From NCBI GenBank assembly GCA_002633005.1, contig NMRA01000055.1, forward strand, positions 641,856-705,855: 64,000 nt of DNA. Direction: 5' to 3'. Under the pieces are notes generated by a model that was given only the letters and a program-made list of their open reading frames with translations, ran no database searches and was not told the origin of the DNA. This DNA is from Phoronis australis. Lineage: Eukaryota > Animalia > Phoronida. Numbering within the stretch: the first letter of the stretch is position 1; each line of letters begins with the position of its first letter. The position numbers and the translations under genes are program-made. Positions 12,446-27,400 of the stretch are shown piece after piece.

Positions 12446-15400
12446 CTAGGCCATCTTTAAACAAGCTACATTGAAGTTATCTCCCTTGTATTTGCTGACA
12501 AGGTCCAATAACGTCTGCTTCTTATGCATGGCTCTTGATGACTCGAGTTCGTATAGAGTGCTAAGATTAAATAGCACACCCTCCTGCAGGTATTTTTGGG
12601 GGTTGCGGTGAACTAGCGTCTCGAGGGACATCAACGCCTCGTTCAGTCGTCCCATGTAGAGGGAGCACACCGCCATATTGTTGATTGCCTGAAATGGAAA
12701 AATATAAACATTTGCTGACGCTTGCTCAAACTTTGACTTCACATCAGTGAAAGTACTTGCTTGCAGAAATAAGTGTCCCAGGGCTTGATTTGGCAACCTG
12801 CAGCTTGCTGATGCGATCTCAAATTAAGTTTCAATGGGCTGGTAGAAATTCCATGTCTGCCATGAAGTAATGGAAATTTCATGAGTTGCAACCAAGTCAG
12901 CATAAGTCAGACAAATAAGAGTTCAGAATATGTGGGGAGTGGCAAGAGTTGAACAGAATATCAGTATTGACTGCAAACGACAGTTTATAACCATATACCA
13001 TTGGCAACCAGGCTTCGTCAGGATTCTCATGCTGGCGCATGTGGGGGCTTCCTTGTTCTAGCAAGCTCAGCTGCCACTTGGAGACCACGTAATTCTGCCA
13101 AGTCGCATTTATTGAGTTGGTGTTATGCTCGGCATCGAGTCATATCTCTCTCCACTTTGAGACGATCACATTTGGGGTCGAAATTTAAACAAAAATTGAA
13201 TTTTCTTAATTTCGGAGCTTCAGCAATTTTCACGTTCATGATATTTCTCAAATATCAGACACTGCATCTGTCTGAGATTGACTTCGCATAAAATTTTTCA
13301 AAACGGCTGCTAATGACATAACGTTGTCACGTGACCCCATAGTGTGTTACATCAAAATCTATGCTGCTTGGTCGTTGACTATAATTCTTCAATTTGGGAT
13401 AGACAATATTACTCGATTAATTTTCTAAAATTCGGTACAAGTTCTGACCTTAAAGCAAAAATTGTTCACTGTCCCTAACTGTTGAATTTTTTACGGTAAT
13501 TTGAAAGATCCTGTAACGTGAAAAACAACTTCATTCCACAAACACTATTAACACCCAATTACCAACCGTCCCTAAGAATAACTGCGCTAGGCACTAATTA
13601 AACCATCATTGTCACGCATGGCTCAGGAAGCTAACCCTACACCAGAGATGTGAGATACATGCATGCATTTCTTGTAATGCAAGGTGATATCCTGCGAAGA
13701 CTTATCAAGTTATCACACCAAACATGCGTGACAGTACATTGACGATCACACCCTGATAACATCAGGCAATGAACACAATGGTTAGGCAAAATTACTTGCT
13801 TTAACATGGCTCCCATTTGACTGATGAAAAATGCATATGGGTAAAAGCTCACGAAAACTCATTTTTAATTTTACAGTACAAAGAACCCCCTCTCCTCCAT
13901 TTTTCAAGTCATATCGCGATACCGTTGGCAAAGTGATTAGCAAAAATTGTTATACGTCTACTTTTTGCCAAAAAATAACTTGTGGGAAATAGTAATTACA
14001 TTCTCAAAAAAAATCTCAAAGACATGGAAAATGAGAGAAGGCAGCGCAGCCTAGTGAGATAAGTGAAAACTTCCTTTACTCAAGCTCATGGGTTTGAGTT
14101 CCACTGGGGCACACTGCCAGACCCTTGAGTCAGGTATCTAGCTCCTCAACTCAATTACCTTGCTCCTCAGCTCGATGTTAACAATATATTTAATCAAATA
14201 TCAAAATGGCTTCAGCTAATCAGTACAATGGGCCCTTCTGAGTAGCCTTTGCACATCTGATACAATCTGCACCAGACCACCTGCAATTGTTTTTTATAAA
14301 ATGGAAAATGAGCTTAATGCTATTGACAGCCACTCCATCTGGTGGAGAAAGTACTGATTGCAGCAGATGAAACAAAAATAGTTTATGTTGAGCATACGTC
14401 CAGTGACTAACTGCGTGCCATGTGTTTGCTAAGCTCAGATTCCAGACATAAAAAGAAGAGTAGATAGGTAAAAAAATTGCTTATTGTGACGTCACAATGG
14501 ATGCAAACATGAAGTGAAACCTCTGGAAAAATGAGCACGACATGTATGGGTGACGGATCAATATTTTACTCAAAACCAAAATCCTTCACAAGTTTTTATG
14601 TCCCCTGACCTAACCCCAACATACACATCAGTGAGCTTTGGAAAACAAAGTGAAATTTTGCAGAGAAAAATTAAATCGTTAAAAGCAATGTCATGGAAAA
14701 ACCAATGTTAGAAGAAAGATGAATAAACGGCAAGTAAAGAGTTTAATGGTTGGTTATGTAGGAACCTAGAAAAATATCCAAAATTGGCAAACTTTAGAAA
14801 ATCATATCTCAGAAATGGCCGATTTGTTTCATATGAAACTTTCAGATACTACACTTCAAGCATTGTTCTCCAAAACAGTATTATTATTGTTTTTAAAATG
14901 ATCTGCTTTTACAAAAGGGGCTGTTGAAACCACAGACTAACACTACATGGACCGCCAAGTCTGTATTTTTTCAATGGACGAAATTTGTGATCTTACGCCG
15001 TGATGTTGCTATTCACTAGAGACACCTCGCAGACATAGCATGCTTTACTTCTGGCAAGTACGTCGTCTGCTACACTGGACAGTAAAGTAGATGCGAGAAT
15101 TTCCTCATCCCAATACACTAACCGGAAGCGGAGTTTGCTATGTTTAGAGGGGGGCGCTTCCTCTAGGATATTTTGCAAGGAAATGTCAGAGCTGCGAATC
15201 TGTTGTCTATAATCTATTTTGAAACACAGGACAATACATCATCATACACTCATCATTTTGTGCTTCATTTTATGGTTAATTATATTTTATTTCACTATTT
15301 GCATTAACTATTTCTCCAACAAAGACGAAATGTCCCATAGTTTCTGTGTTTACTAATTGTTGTTCAACTGGTGTTGAACTGTTAAACAAAAAACAAATAC

Positions 15401-18400
15401 TCATAACCCTCTTTATGAACGTATGGCAAAATTACGTTTGCAATAAGCTAATGGCCAAGATTGGGCAACTATGAAACATGCCTAGTGATGTCCAGGTCAC
15501 AGCTTTAAATCATACATGATGGACGGCCTATGGCAGAACGCAACAATGAAGTGGTTTGTTATACGGGCGGCTCTAAACTGGAAAATGGCCATACAGGTGC
15601 TGGAGTCTATTTTCCAAGCCTCCCTGTTGCAGATGCAGAAAACTGGATATCGCTAGGCAATCTTGCCACGGTGTTTCACGCTGAGACCACTGCAATTAAT
15701 AGAGCTGCTCAACTGGCACAACAATATAACACTGAGCTTGGCAATTGGCCAATTACCATCTTTTCAGATAGCCAGGCAGCAATAAAAGCCCTAAAGAAAC
15801 CAAGGGTTAACTCTTGTTGTGTTTATGCTTGTATTAATGAGCTTAACAAGCTTGCAATTGAAAGAATCGTCAATATACACTGGGAAAGGGCCCATGTGGG
15901 AATTGATGGCAATGTAAATGCAGACAGACTAGCAAAGATAGGAGCCAGCGTTCTGCATTTTGTGCCTGAGCCTGCTATCCCGGTATATTACGGATGCTGC
16001 AAGATGAGTATACGCAACTGGGTACATACCCAGTCAGCAGCCCAGTGGGCATCACTTAACTCCTGCAGAGAGACCAAGGAGAATTTCCCCAACGTGATCA
16101 AACCAAAAGGTTCAAAAAACCTTCTGAGTCTAGATAGACTGGGCATAAGACATGTACGTCATTCAAATTTTGACGGGCCACTGTAACCTAGCCCGACACA
16201 GACACATTACTGGGCATATGGGGAGCTCTGTGTGTCCTGAGTGTGGTACTGACGTAGAATCTCCTAAACACCTGGTAGAGTCTTGCCAAGCTTTTTATAG
16301 GCTAAGGAGCAACCTACTGGATGGCACTGTTACATGCCTACAACATATAGTGCATGGCAACAAATGCAAACATCTGTCCGCTTTCTTAAAAGAGACAGGC
16401 AGACTTGAAAACTCCCTTCACGAAGAACCATAATGGGCTCTCATGCTTTTAGCTCAGGTGTTTGATGCAATGGGCCCAACCATGAGGCCTGCACACATTT
16501 GATGCACCGCAAATGACATCAGGCCACCTGCACTGTTTTTTTATGAACATATGGTAAAATTACACCAATTTCAAAAAAACTGATTGCCAGAACTGCCCAC
16601 AATCATTTGAAAATTTTCAAAAAAATTGTCTGATGTTGCTAAACTACAGAGCCAGAAAATAATGAGGCATTATTTTAGTGTAACTTATCACGTCTTGAAA
16701 AATTGAATCATATGCCACATTGCCTTACTTTGACGAGAGCTTTTAAGAAATCATGAAAGGTGTCAACTTACCACAGCATTCTCAGGGTCAAGATCAACTG
16801 CATCTTTGAAGTTCTGCCTCGCTTCCTCAAAATTATCAAGTCCCATTGACAGGAAACCCCTACAATTTGTCTTATCAACTATACGACGAAACCAACAAAA
16901 ACAAACATAACAATTTCGAAAACCTTTTTAAGTCTGGTCAGCACGCCACCTGTGGTCACATGAATATAAGTCTGAAAAGATTTCTTCCCCAACCAGGACT
17001 CAAACCCGGGATCTTCTGCTAACCCTACTGATGTTCTAGTCCACGGAGCCATCGGCACTACTGGACGAATACAGATATCCAATCAGAAGGTACAGTATTT
17101 GAGTCCCGGTTGGGGTAGAATTCTTTTCAGACTTACATAAGGTCACATGTGGCTAACAGGTGGCGTGCTGACCAGATTTAAAAATTTTTGAGATATACAT
17201 TTCCACGTCAGTTTAAGAATTTCGTATTTATAAACAAAAAAATTAATAATTATATACAGTAAAACAAGCATAGGTTGAATTTGACACGACCGAGAGATTT
17301 TATCCAGATAATGTGAAATTTGAACCTGAAAGGCCAAGTGTACTGTGGAAACTTCGTTCGAGTTTAGTAAAATAAAAGTTGCCCACGTCCGATTCATGCG
17401 AGTTAAACTTTAGTTCACTTCCTGAGTGTAAAATGAACACAATGAATGACGAAATATGTAAACTATTCGACTTTTTATGACCAAGTCTAAAAATTATTAT
17501 TCTACCCAATAACTGATGTTTCCTGGTTGATGAAACTTTTTAAACGTTATGTAGGACCTTAGAGAAATGGCTAAATTTGGCTACCTTCGGATCATCATTT
17601 CTCAGAATTGGCCGATCGAATTAATGTGTAGCTTCCACATACTATACTAAAGACATTGTTTTCAAAAACACTCTGTAATATGGATTGTTTTTAAAATGTT
17701 CCAATTTTATATGAGGGACTATAAAAATTGGGCTTTTGAAAAAAATCAAAAGTTGTATAAAACGAAAACGAAATAATACTTTAGAAAATTTTAACAAGGT
17801 TATCGAGATTTTATAAATCGACATTTATCAAACGAAACTTGGTCGTGTTTTTCATTCTTCGTCTGGCTATAAATGGACGTTTTTTTCTCACTAAATTTTG
17901 CCAAAAAGACATGGTCATGCGACCCAAGTGGTTGCAGTTTGGCATGAAGTAAAAAATCAAATTCTTTGTGATCTCTCTGCTTTCAGAAAACGCATACTGT
18001 TACTGAGTTCTGTTTAGAAATTTGGCTTAACGCACAGTTGTCGAGTGACAAGGGCTCGCATGCCCTTAAAATAAAGTAGCGTTTTTAAGACATGCTCACT
18101 TGTTAATTAAGCTATTGCACTTGTCTTCGGTTCTAGCGCTGTCCACTAATTTGTCAGAAGATGCAAAACATGTTGTCGATGTTGAAACATCACCTATCTG
18201 AAAGGAAAAAACAGCCAATTAGTGGTGGAACACATGACGTCAATGAAAAATTAGGAACTATATATAAGTATAATTACCGTGGCTAATTCTTCAAATTTTT
18301 TCTCACAAAAGTGAAAAACAAATATACTTTTGTAATAAACAAAGAATGATTGCACTGCTTACAAAAGAGTTTAAAGCCATCTGTTGGCCACATCACGGGG

Positions 18401-21400
18401 TTGTTTTATGACAGCTGTACATTCATCAACTTTTCTTTAAAATGAGAGTAATGTTTCCCAACGCTTTACTTTTTTGAGAAATTTGAAGAGAAAAACTACA
18501 CTTGCCATACTGTGTTGCAAACAGGGAAAGAATTATGATAAAAAGAGTGAAATATTACTTGCACATTTGAGAAAAATAAATTCCATTAAAAAAAACCCTT
18601 AAAGCATCACACCGCGTGACTACGAACAGTTTGTTTTACAAATGAATAAACGGGTTAAGGAATTGAATTTATGCTTCGTGCTTGTGAATGGCACTCAAGA
18701 ATGGCATCAAGGGTATATCACGTGCCTCCTTTAGAGACTGAAAGATGTTGAACACCAATAAGTGTAAAATTATAACATTCAGATGGTAGATACAACAGTT
18801 AACATCATTCTAGTATGTGCTACCAACAGTCAACACAGTGTTGAAGCTGCAACGGTCCAAATTCAACAGGTGGCGTCTTTGACATCGTAAATCACTAAAT
18901 ATGGGTTTCTAGCCTTTATAACTCGAAAAACATTTGGTGCTGAAAAGGTTTTAACCAACCTGCAAATAGACCCTCCCCATGGCACTCCACAGAGCTGCTG
19001 CGTTAGGTTTGTCCTTGATAATCAACTGGTGAAGTACCTCCACAGCCAGGTGGTAGTCCTGGAGACAGACAGACCGTACAACTAACGGCAATTAGTATTG
19101 ATAACTACGAGCAATTCTCTCGTTTTGCAACAAAATAATTGCCAAAATGGTAACAAAGGCCAATTACTTTGCCACAACTAGAGAAAAGCAAAATGCTGTT
19201 TTAGGACATCTTACCTACAAAGTACAAACTCTGCAAGCAAAACTAAAATTTTCCTTTATTAAAATCTTTATTTTTGTGCAGAACTTTAATTGAAAAAATA
19301 GAATTTCACATGTCGACTACATGCTTTAGTGCCCCACAAAACTACAATGCTACCATACAAACAACTAGTGAAAGAATGCATAATCAGCCTTACTGTGCAT
19401 ATTCACAAAAAAATGAATTTCCCAGACGAAAAGTTAATTTCCAGGCATCTGCAGAACCAGATTTTGGATACATCCAGTGAAAATTCTTCAGTTTGGGACA
19501 GGGGCAATTTAATTTTGACAAATTTCTCAACAAAACTGATTTTTCAGGAAAATTTACATTCATTTGTTTTATGTGGCCTAGCTATTCCCAAACAACATTT
19601 GGTAAAATTTTGAGCATTTTGCTACAAAGTAGCAAGCCTCTGAAAAATAGAAATATTTAGAGAAGTTATTTTTGTCCCAAACTGAAGATTTTTTTACCGC
19701 ATTTCTACGAATTACCGAAACTTTGCATAAACGGTGGACAAAACTAATGGTCGAAATGTCCCTTTTTCAATTTTCATAGGATTCCAAAATGTTGTAAATT
19801 TCAACAGTTTTTAAAGACAATGCCTCATGGCAACTAAGTTCAAAGGAAGCCTTCTTTTGAACTATTAGATGTGTTGGTGACCACGATAGTCCCAACAATA
19901 CCTGAACACTGGCAACATCTGAAAACACCATTTAATCACTCAAACTTATGCGCGTGAAATGACGTGTTAAGCAGCCTTTTGGCACTATATTGCGACACTG
20001 TGAGAACAAAAGGCCAAACAAACTTAAACTGAATGTCAGTCTGAATAGAACTGCATACTAGGCTTCTCCTGGCGACTTAGACCATTAGGGTCTGGGCTAT
20101 ACAGAATCCATAAGAGGTACTAAAACAATAATCTTCTCAGCCAAGACCATAAACCCTTTGTTAAGCTGTCCAACTGGGAAAGTTGCATGGCTAAGAGCAA
20201 CCTTCACAAAGAATTACTTTCACTGACCTTGCATATGAATTTCAAAAGGCTTATTGTGTCATGGTTTAAAATTCTAAGCCACTATGGGGACTAGTTACCC
20301 CCCAAGCCCAAAATGGATGTATATCAGTCAATAAACCTAACAGACATTCATTACATGATGTGTGCTATGTAAAACATTTACATGCAAAAACGTACTCATC
20401 AGCCAACCGGACTTACTTTTAAAAACAGGAGACAGTTCACCACTGAATAGAGAACTTGAATCTCTCTTTTTTCCCACAATTCCCTAGACACTATAAAACA
20501 GGAAACCATTAGTACATTTCAAAACATGTCATTTCATCAAGTATCATGTTAAGGAACTAGTTCTGTTGCATTGCAATGGTAACATGTTGAAACAACCAAA
20601 AACCTCCCCGTTGGTTTCAACTGCAGACGACAGTGGTTTCAAATCGAGGCTAAATCCAGATATCAGTCTAGTCCATTGAAAAACATTCCCACACTCTTTT
20701 GTCTGGCATCACGAACCACAGGCCAATTATCTACCATGGTTCAAAGAGTCCCTAAAACCATCCATAAACAGAGAACCGAAACCTAACCCCTTTATTTTGG
20801 CTCATTTTTATCATATTTCTTCCGGAAAAGTGATCCTAACACAACTTTTTACAACAAATTCAATACCAGAAGCTAAACAGTTAGGAAAAAAACAGGTCAT
20901 ACGGTGCTGAGCCATGATATATCAATTTAGTTCAACCAGAGTGGTTCACTAGCTTGAAGCCATTGCCAATGCAGCTCTAGTTGCTCTGCTCCATTCAAAA
21001 GGTTCTTAGATCAGATTTCCTGATAAACCGGCATCTGGACAACAGCAGGACTTGTACAAATCGAGAGATGAAGTACAAGGTGTTGTGATATAGGCCTAGT
21101 TTCTAATTAACATTTTCTCCGTTTGCTGTGGGAAATAAGTGAAAACAAGTCCTGTTAAGTTATTAGCTTACATTGTCGACTTTCCGCTGACAGCTCAATT
21201 AGACTTCCATCTTCAGCAAAACCACTAGACAAATTGCCGATTACCTAGCAAATCAGAAAATAACCACTTTATGAAAAGTTTCGAAGTTGGGATTTTCGAT
21301 AGCTGAATTCTCACGCTTAAACCCCACCGAAAATTGTTCCCGAACCTAGAAATCACTTCTAGAGTGAGTGAACAATTCCATAAACTAATCTGAAAGTCAC

Positions 21401-24400
21401 AGAACATTTAAAGGGAACAGAATTTGCAAGATTTCTGATCGTGAAAACTTAAGACTCTGTAACAATAACAATGACATCTACGAAAAACATGATTTAACAG
21501 ACGAGAAAAAACACGGTCACAAGATTACAAATGGTTGCCAATGGGCAAGCAAAATGTTTCTGTAGCCAGCAAGGGTATTAAAAATACGTGCTTACTGGAG
21601 TTCAAACTAGAATTCAATGATGTTTAATTCAGTTTTATTGATCCTTGGTTATGAAAGTAGGCAGTTACCTTAAGATAGAAATGTTTTCAAAAAGTAAACA
21701 AAAAACCTCGTGACCAGTGGACCCGTGGCTTGAGTCAGGAATTCCATCTTAGGCTCTACACTACTATCTCATCTCAGCAAAAGTACAGCGTGTCAGTTCT
21801 TGAGATAATTTTCATACATTATCTCTAAACCAAGACGTGCTAAAGTTACATAGTAAAATCTTTATTCAGTAACTGTGAAGTGGATTAAGTCATAACTTCC
21901 GACTTAAACTTTAAGTCACATTTTACGGAGCAGACACCAAGACTTAAAATAAACGGAAAAACTTGTTACCTTGGTAACAACGGCATGCAGGTAATAGAGA
22001 CGGTCCAGAGACTCCGTGGCTTTGGCAAGGTGTGACGGAAGTTCGGCGTGTATCAGTCGCATACAGAACGGCACCATACTACCTGAGAATGGAGTGAGGT
22101 GACCCTTGTAGATCACATAATGAATACAGAAAAATCTCACCAATTTCGCACAAAAATAATTGCCAAAGTTGATCTTCTTTCATTTCCCAAAGGTTTCTAA
22201 CATTGCAGTGAATAGCCACAATTTTTCAGAATCATTGCCAGAGGTTCGGGAACAGTAAGTAACATCATATCTCAAAAATGGCTGATCACATTCATTAAAC
22301 TTTCAGATAAAATATGCTTTGCTGTTCTGCAAAATGCTGCTAGGAATTGTTCTTAGAATGTTTCACTAAATTTGTGCCACAGGCAATCAAAAAATTACAA
22401 TCTGTTCACAAAAACTCAAAAGTTGCATAAGACACAAACAAAATGATAATTCAAAAAACTGAAATTACAGTCTTTTGAGATTTCACCTCAAACATTTATA
22501 TCAAATGAAATTTGGCCATGCTATTGACATTGTTACTTTGCTATGAAATTCTTATTTATTAGCTGAATTTTATCAATAAGACATGTTCATGTGACCCAAT
22601 TAACGACAGGTTGGTAAAAAGTACAAAATCAAATTATACAGAAAAAAAATCTGTAATGCTTTGTGGATATTTGCCTAAATTCATACACTTGTGGACAAGG
22701 CCCAACATGACCAAGACTGCTTACTGAAATATGTCCTCCGACAAATCAGTGGGGTAATTAGAAATCACCATAATGCCTTACTTTACAGTGGCCCTTGTAA
22801 TTCCCCACAATCAATATCAATTGGATTCTGTGATGACAGATAATGGATTTACAACTGTCTGGAAAATTGCAGGAACTCCTCTTCTACAGATGCAAATGAG
22901 TTTCCTAGTTGACATCTGATCCGCTGTCAATTAGTAGCATAGTCGTTATTGACTGTCAACAAAAGTATTTCTAATTAGCAGTGCCTTTATGCAAGCGTTC
23001 CACTCAAAACTCAGGTAATATGCTTAATTCACTTTTCACTAAAACCGCTGTCAGAAATTGTATTTAACATGTTCCATTTTTGCACGAGGCACTACCAAAA
23101 ATAGCCATTATTATATGATTTTTGTGAAAAAAAATTTAAAGTTGAATAAAATGAAAACAAAAAGAGGATTTAAAAAACAGTAACTGGGTTTTTGAGCTTC
23201 TTTCTTGAACATTGATATCATACAAAATTTGGTAATTTATCTTGATGTTTTGCTATGAATGTACCAGTCACTTTTTTTGATAAATTATACTAAATTAGCA
23301 TGATCACATGACCTTAGCTATGCCAGACTGGAACATCGGTCATCAAATTCTACAGAATTTCTGCTTTCAGTACGGTTTTGCCGCGTTACTTTGAAGATAT
23401 TTGGTTAAATGCATATACTTGTCCATGAGATCTTACATATTTTTATTAAGCACACATGTGATCATTCCCACTGAACAACTGCAGGACCAAAATGTGTGTG
23501 AAATGCAAATGACTTCAATACAGGCTGAATACCTTTGCGGCCCGGGTACAGCTCAGGGTAGAATTCGTAGTAAAGATCTGGCCGGTCAAAGTTCCCAAAG
23601 GCAGCGCACTCAGATTCTGCGAGACCGTACTGTCGTACCTTAGCCAACAACGCAATGCGTACGAACCATATCTGAAACAAAACCCACAACACATATTAAT
23701 TACTTACTCACCAGCGAGAGAAAAGTATGTCTACGTTGGTCAATTATGAACAATTAATTATTGAAGGGGTCTAAGGGTACGTGAGATATACAGAGGGGGA
23801 CCTGGGAGGATATTTCAGGCAGCAAGATCATCAAAACAATTTTTAATTAATGAATGTTAAAATTCTTCAATTTGGAAAAAAATCACAAATTCAAGACACA
23901 ATATGGTGGACAAGAGGAATTTTATTTTCTCAATTTGCCATAAAAGACAGACAGAACTAAATTAAATCAATACATTTTCATGTACAAGTTCTGTAACAAA
24001 GCTACCACCAAACATTGTTTTGAAAAAATGTGGTTACCATAATAATGTCAGAAACCCACAAAAAATGAAAAAAGCAATCTTGGCAATTATTTTTTCCTGA
24101 AATTGGTGAGATTTTACCGCATCATTTTTATTTTTATTACTACACTGGTAAAAAGTGTTTTGATCATTTAATCTTTTGAGGACATTCCAAATTATCATCA
24201 TTTTCATAAGCGTACAAAACGAATACTTTTGCCGTACCCATCCCTCCAAAAATGGACATTTTGTATGACAATAACTATTATTCTTTAATATTCAATACTG
24301 GTGTTTGTCTATAAACTGACTTCAAATAAAAAGCATATTTTTGATAAACTATCCAATGCATGTATTTGTGAGGAAACAAAGCAAACAAGAGCAACAAAGG

Positions 24401-27400
24401 TAAGCGTAAAAAACTAAAATTGCCACTAGGGGGCACACCGGTAGTCAGATCCGTCCGAAAGTTCGCACATGCCGTCCCATTCATGAATGGAACATATGTG
24501 TCAAATTTCATGAACGTATGTCAAAGGGTTTTGGAGATAGAGCAGCGGACGCCGGACGCCGCCCGGACGGACGGCCGGACGGCCGGACAGAGATGACGGC
24601 ATAATGCGTCCACATATAAATATGTGGGCCCATAAAAATCAATGTTGAACTCAGCCTTTTCACAGTCTTATTTTTATAACTTCAAAGGTGTATCTTTTAT
24701 ACACCAAAATGTTTACTTTTCCAGAGAGCTTAGACAGCATACACCAAAGAAAATTCATTCATTCAGAACTGCTTGTATGTTGCTGACTAAGACATCTGCT
24801 CTACTTTTCAAAATGATACAAAATGAAGTCAAACCTGCCCCTGGCCATATGCACTATTAATTTCTCAGTTAACAAAAATTCTAGAATAGCTGTCTTACAG
24901 CTATGAAGGTTGAAGATTACCCCAAGCAAAATGTGTATCATAAAAGATAAAATAATCGAGTAAAAAATAAGCCATCCTGCTGTATACATCTATTGGGGAT
25001 ATTGTCATTCACTAAGTTTCTGGTCAAAGCACAAAAAGTGTCAGCAGTAAAACCACCTAAACAGGAAATGGAAAGGAGGTGACTGTCTACTGAGCGTGCT
25101 CATAGGCTTTCCTGATTGGTGCACATGTGTAACAAAGCGCATTGCTCGAATGAGCTAGCATGGCTATATTAACAGCAGGTATTGCATTGCTCGACTCAGC
25201 ACACGCAACTACATGGTCAGTACTACAGGGTGTGATGTGGCTAAATACTTCACAGGGAAACTGACAAACAGACAAAGAGAAGTGCGTGAGTAATCAGAGT
25301 TGGAGAACAACTGAGACAATTAGACACAGTTGAATGGTGCAATAACCGCATTTGTCTATCATATAAAGGTGGAAGGCTGCCTTGTGTCATGTGCTCGTTA
25401 ATTAGTTGTTGGCTACATTAGATCACAGAAGTAACACCTCAACATACAAGGAAGACTCGGCCAGCAAGGCAACTGATCGTACGCTACAAGACGTCGTAGT
25501 ATAGCAATAAGTGCTTAAGTGTTAACAACATAAAAAGCACCGACTTTAAAAAGAAAAAACAGAGCCAGGAAAATCTGCACCATCAGCTGTTTGGAAGAAC
25601 TTTGGGTAGAAAATAAAAACAATTAGCATACCCCGTAATTTCAATTGTTTCTACAAGAAACAAACTTCTTATAAAGGAGTTGGATATCCGTAACGACATT
25701 GGCCATTGGGAATGATGTCCTTCAACCTCTCATCTGCAGACCATGGAGATTACAGCGAAACCTTCAACACATCAAACTGCACATTGGCGACCATTACTCC
25801 CCTGTTGTGCAACATTCATTATCAAGTGTTCACGATAGTCATGGCAATTTTCTGTCTCGTCGGCATCGGCAGCAACGCCGTGGTCATGACCATATATGGC
25901 CAGAAGCTTAAACGCAACAGCAACTCCGCCGTCAATCTTTTCATTGTGGCACTGGCGGTAATTGACTTGACGGTTTCGTCATTTATCATACCCTTCACAA
26001 CTTGTTACGAGCTCTTCTTGGTTGAAAACATTTATGTGTGTCAAGTAATGCAATTCCTGACGCATGCTTCGTCATTCGGGTCCATTCTCACCTTTGGCGG
26101 AATTGCCATAGAGCGATATTTAGCATCATGCCAACCGCACTTCTATCGCAACTTCTCTAAGACGACATCAAAAGTCATTCTCACTGCCATTGTGATTTTG
26201 TCGTTTCTTTTCTCCATCCCTTCGCCGTTTAAGCAAAGCATGCAGATATTCAACGGCAGATACATCTGTTTCGTGAACGACAGTTTGCCACTATCGTACC
26301 CATATGGCCTGTTCATGATTGTTGTGTTTTTTATGGTCATGTTTTCAAGTCTGGTGCTATACGCGTTTGTCTACGCAACTATCCTCAAGATCATGTTCAA
26401 CAAGAGGAAAAAAGTCGTACCGAAGCCAGCAAAGATAGGTTCAAAGGTAGGCAAAATAATTTTATTTAAAAGGGTCATGATTTCAAACACACACCAGTTA
26501 ATTCAGAAATACTAAAGGCTGTTGCAGACAATGAAGCCTTGGATGCGCGTAGTCTACATGTGGCTTATATGGCATCTGCCAAAGCCTACATTAACACTGC
26601 TTGATTTACTACGGTAATCTCTAAATTATGACCACTCCAACATTAAGGCCACCAAAAATTATTCACCATTTCCAATTACTTTCCTCTCAATAAAGTAAAT
26701 ACGAATGGTAACCAACTCGTGGCGAATTTTTCTCTCTCATGAGCAGTCATGCTAACACGTAATGCTGAAGCAGCATTTGTTCCTTCGCTTAAAATGGGTT
26801 TGTTGGCGATCTCAGTGGCGAGGAAAATTTACGACATCCGACAATGTCATTGTGCACTTTATCCCAATGCGGTCATATTTAGCTGACTTGTCGCATGAAC
26901 ATGTTAGGTAAGCTAAATGCGAGTTAATTTGGCAAAGAAGCAAATTAACTAAATGAGTAATCGAAAATTCCTAACAGTGGGTTATTTTGCTACGAACAAT
27001 GTACCTTTATTAAAAATGAAATCTCGACTTAAAAACAGGTGATAACATATTTTTATAATCTCTGATATTTTTTCTTTCAGAATATGTACAGTTTTATTAG
27101 TTGACACAGCCTATTTTTTGATACATGAGTTAGAATGAAAGTGACTAAATAAGATTTGTGATAACCTTAAGTGAAACGGCCTAACATTTCGGACAGTATC
27201 ATCTTCCAATTGTGTGGTGTAGAAAATTTTACTACGCTACTGAAGGTCATCGCCTCAAATGTCTGGCCATTTTATTTCAATATACCGGGAACAACATGTC
27301 TCTTTGCTACCTCTCATCTTGGTTTTTATTTTATCTTATCTTGGAAATGGCAACTATATCTTTTCCACATTTAAACTTCCATTTTGTCTCGTTTTGCTGG

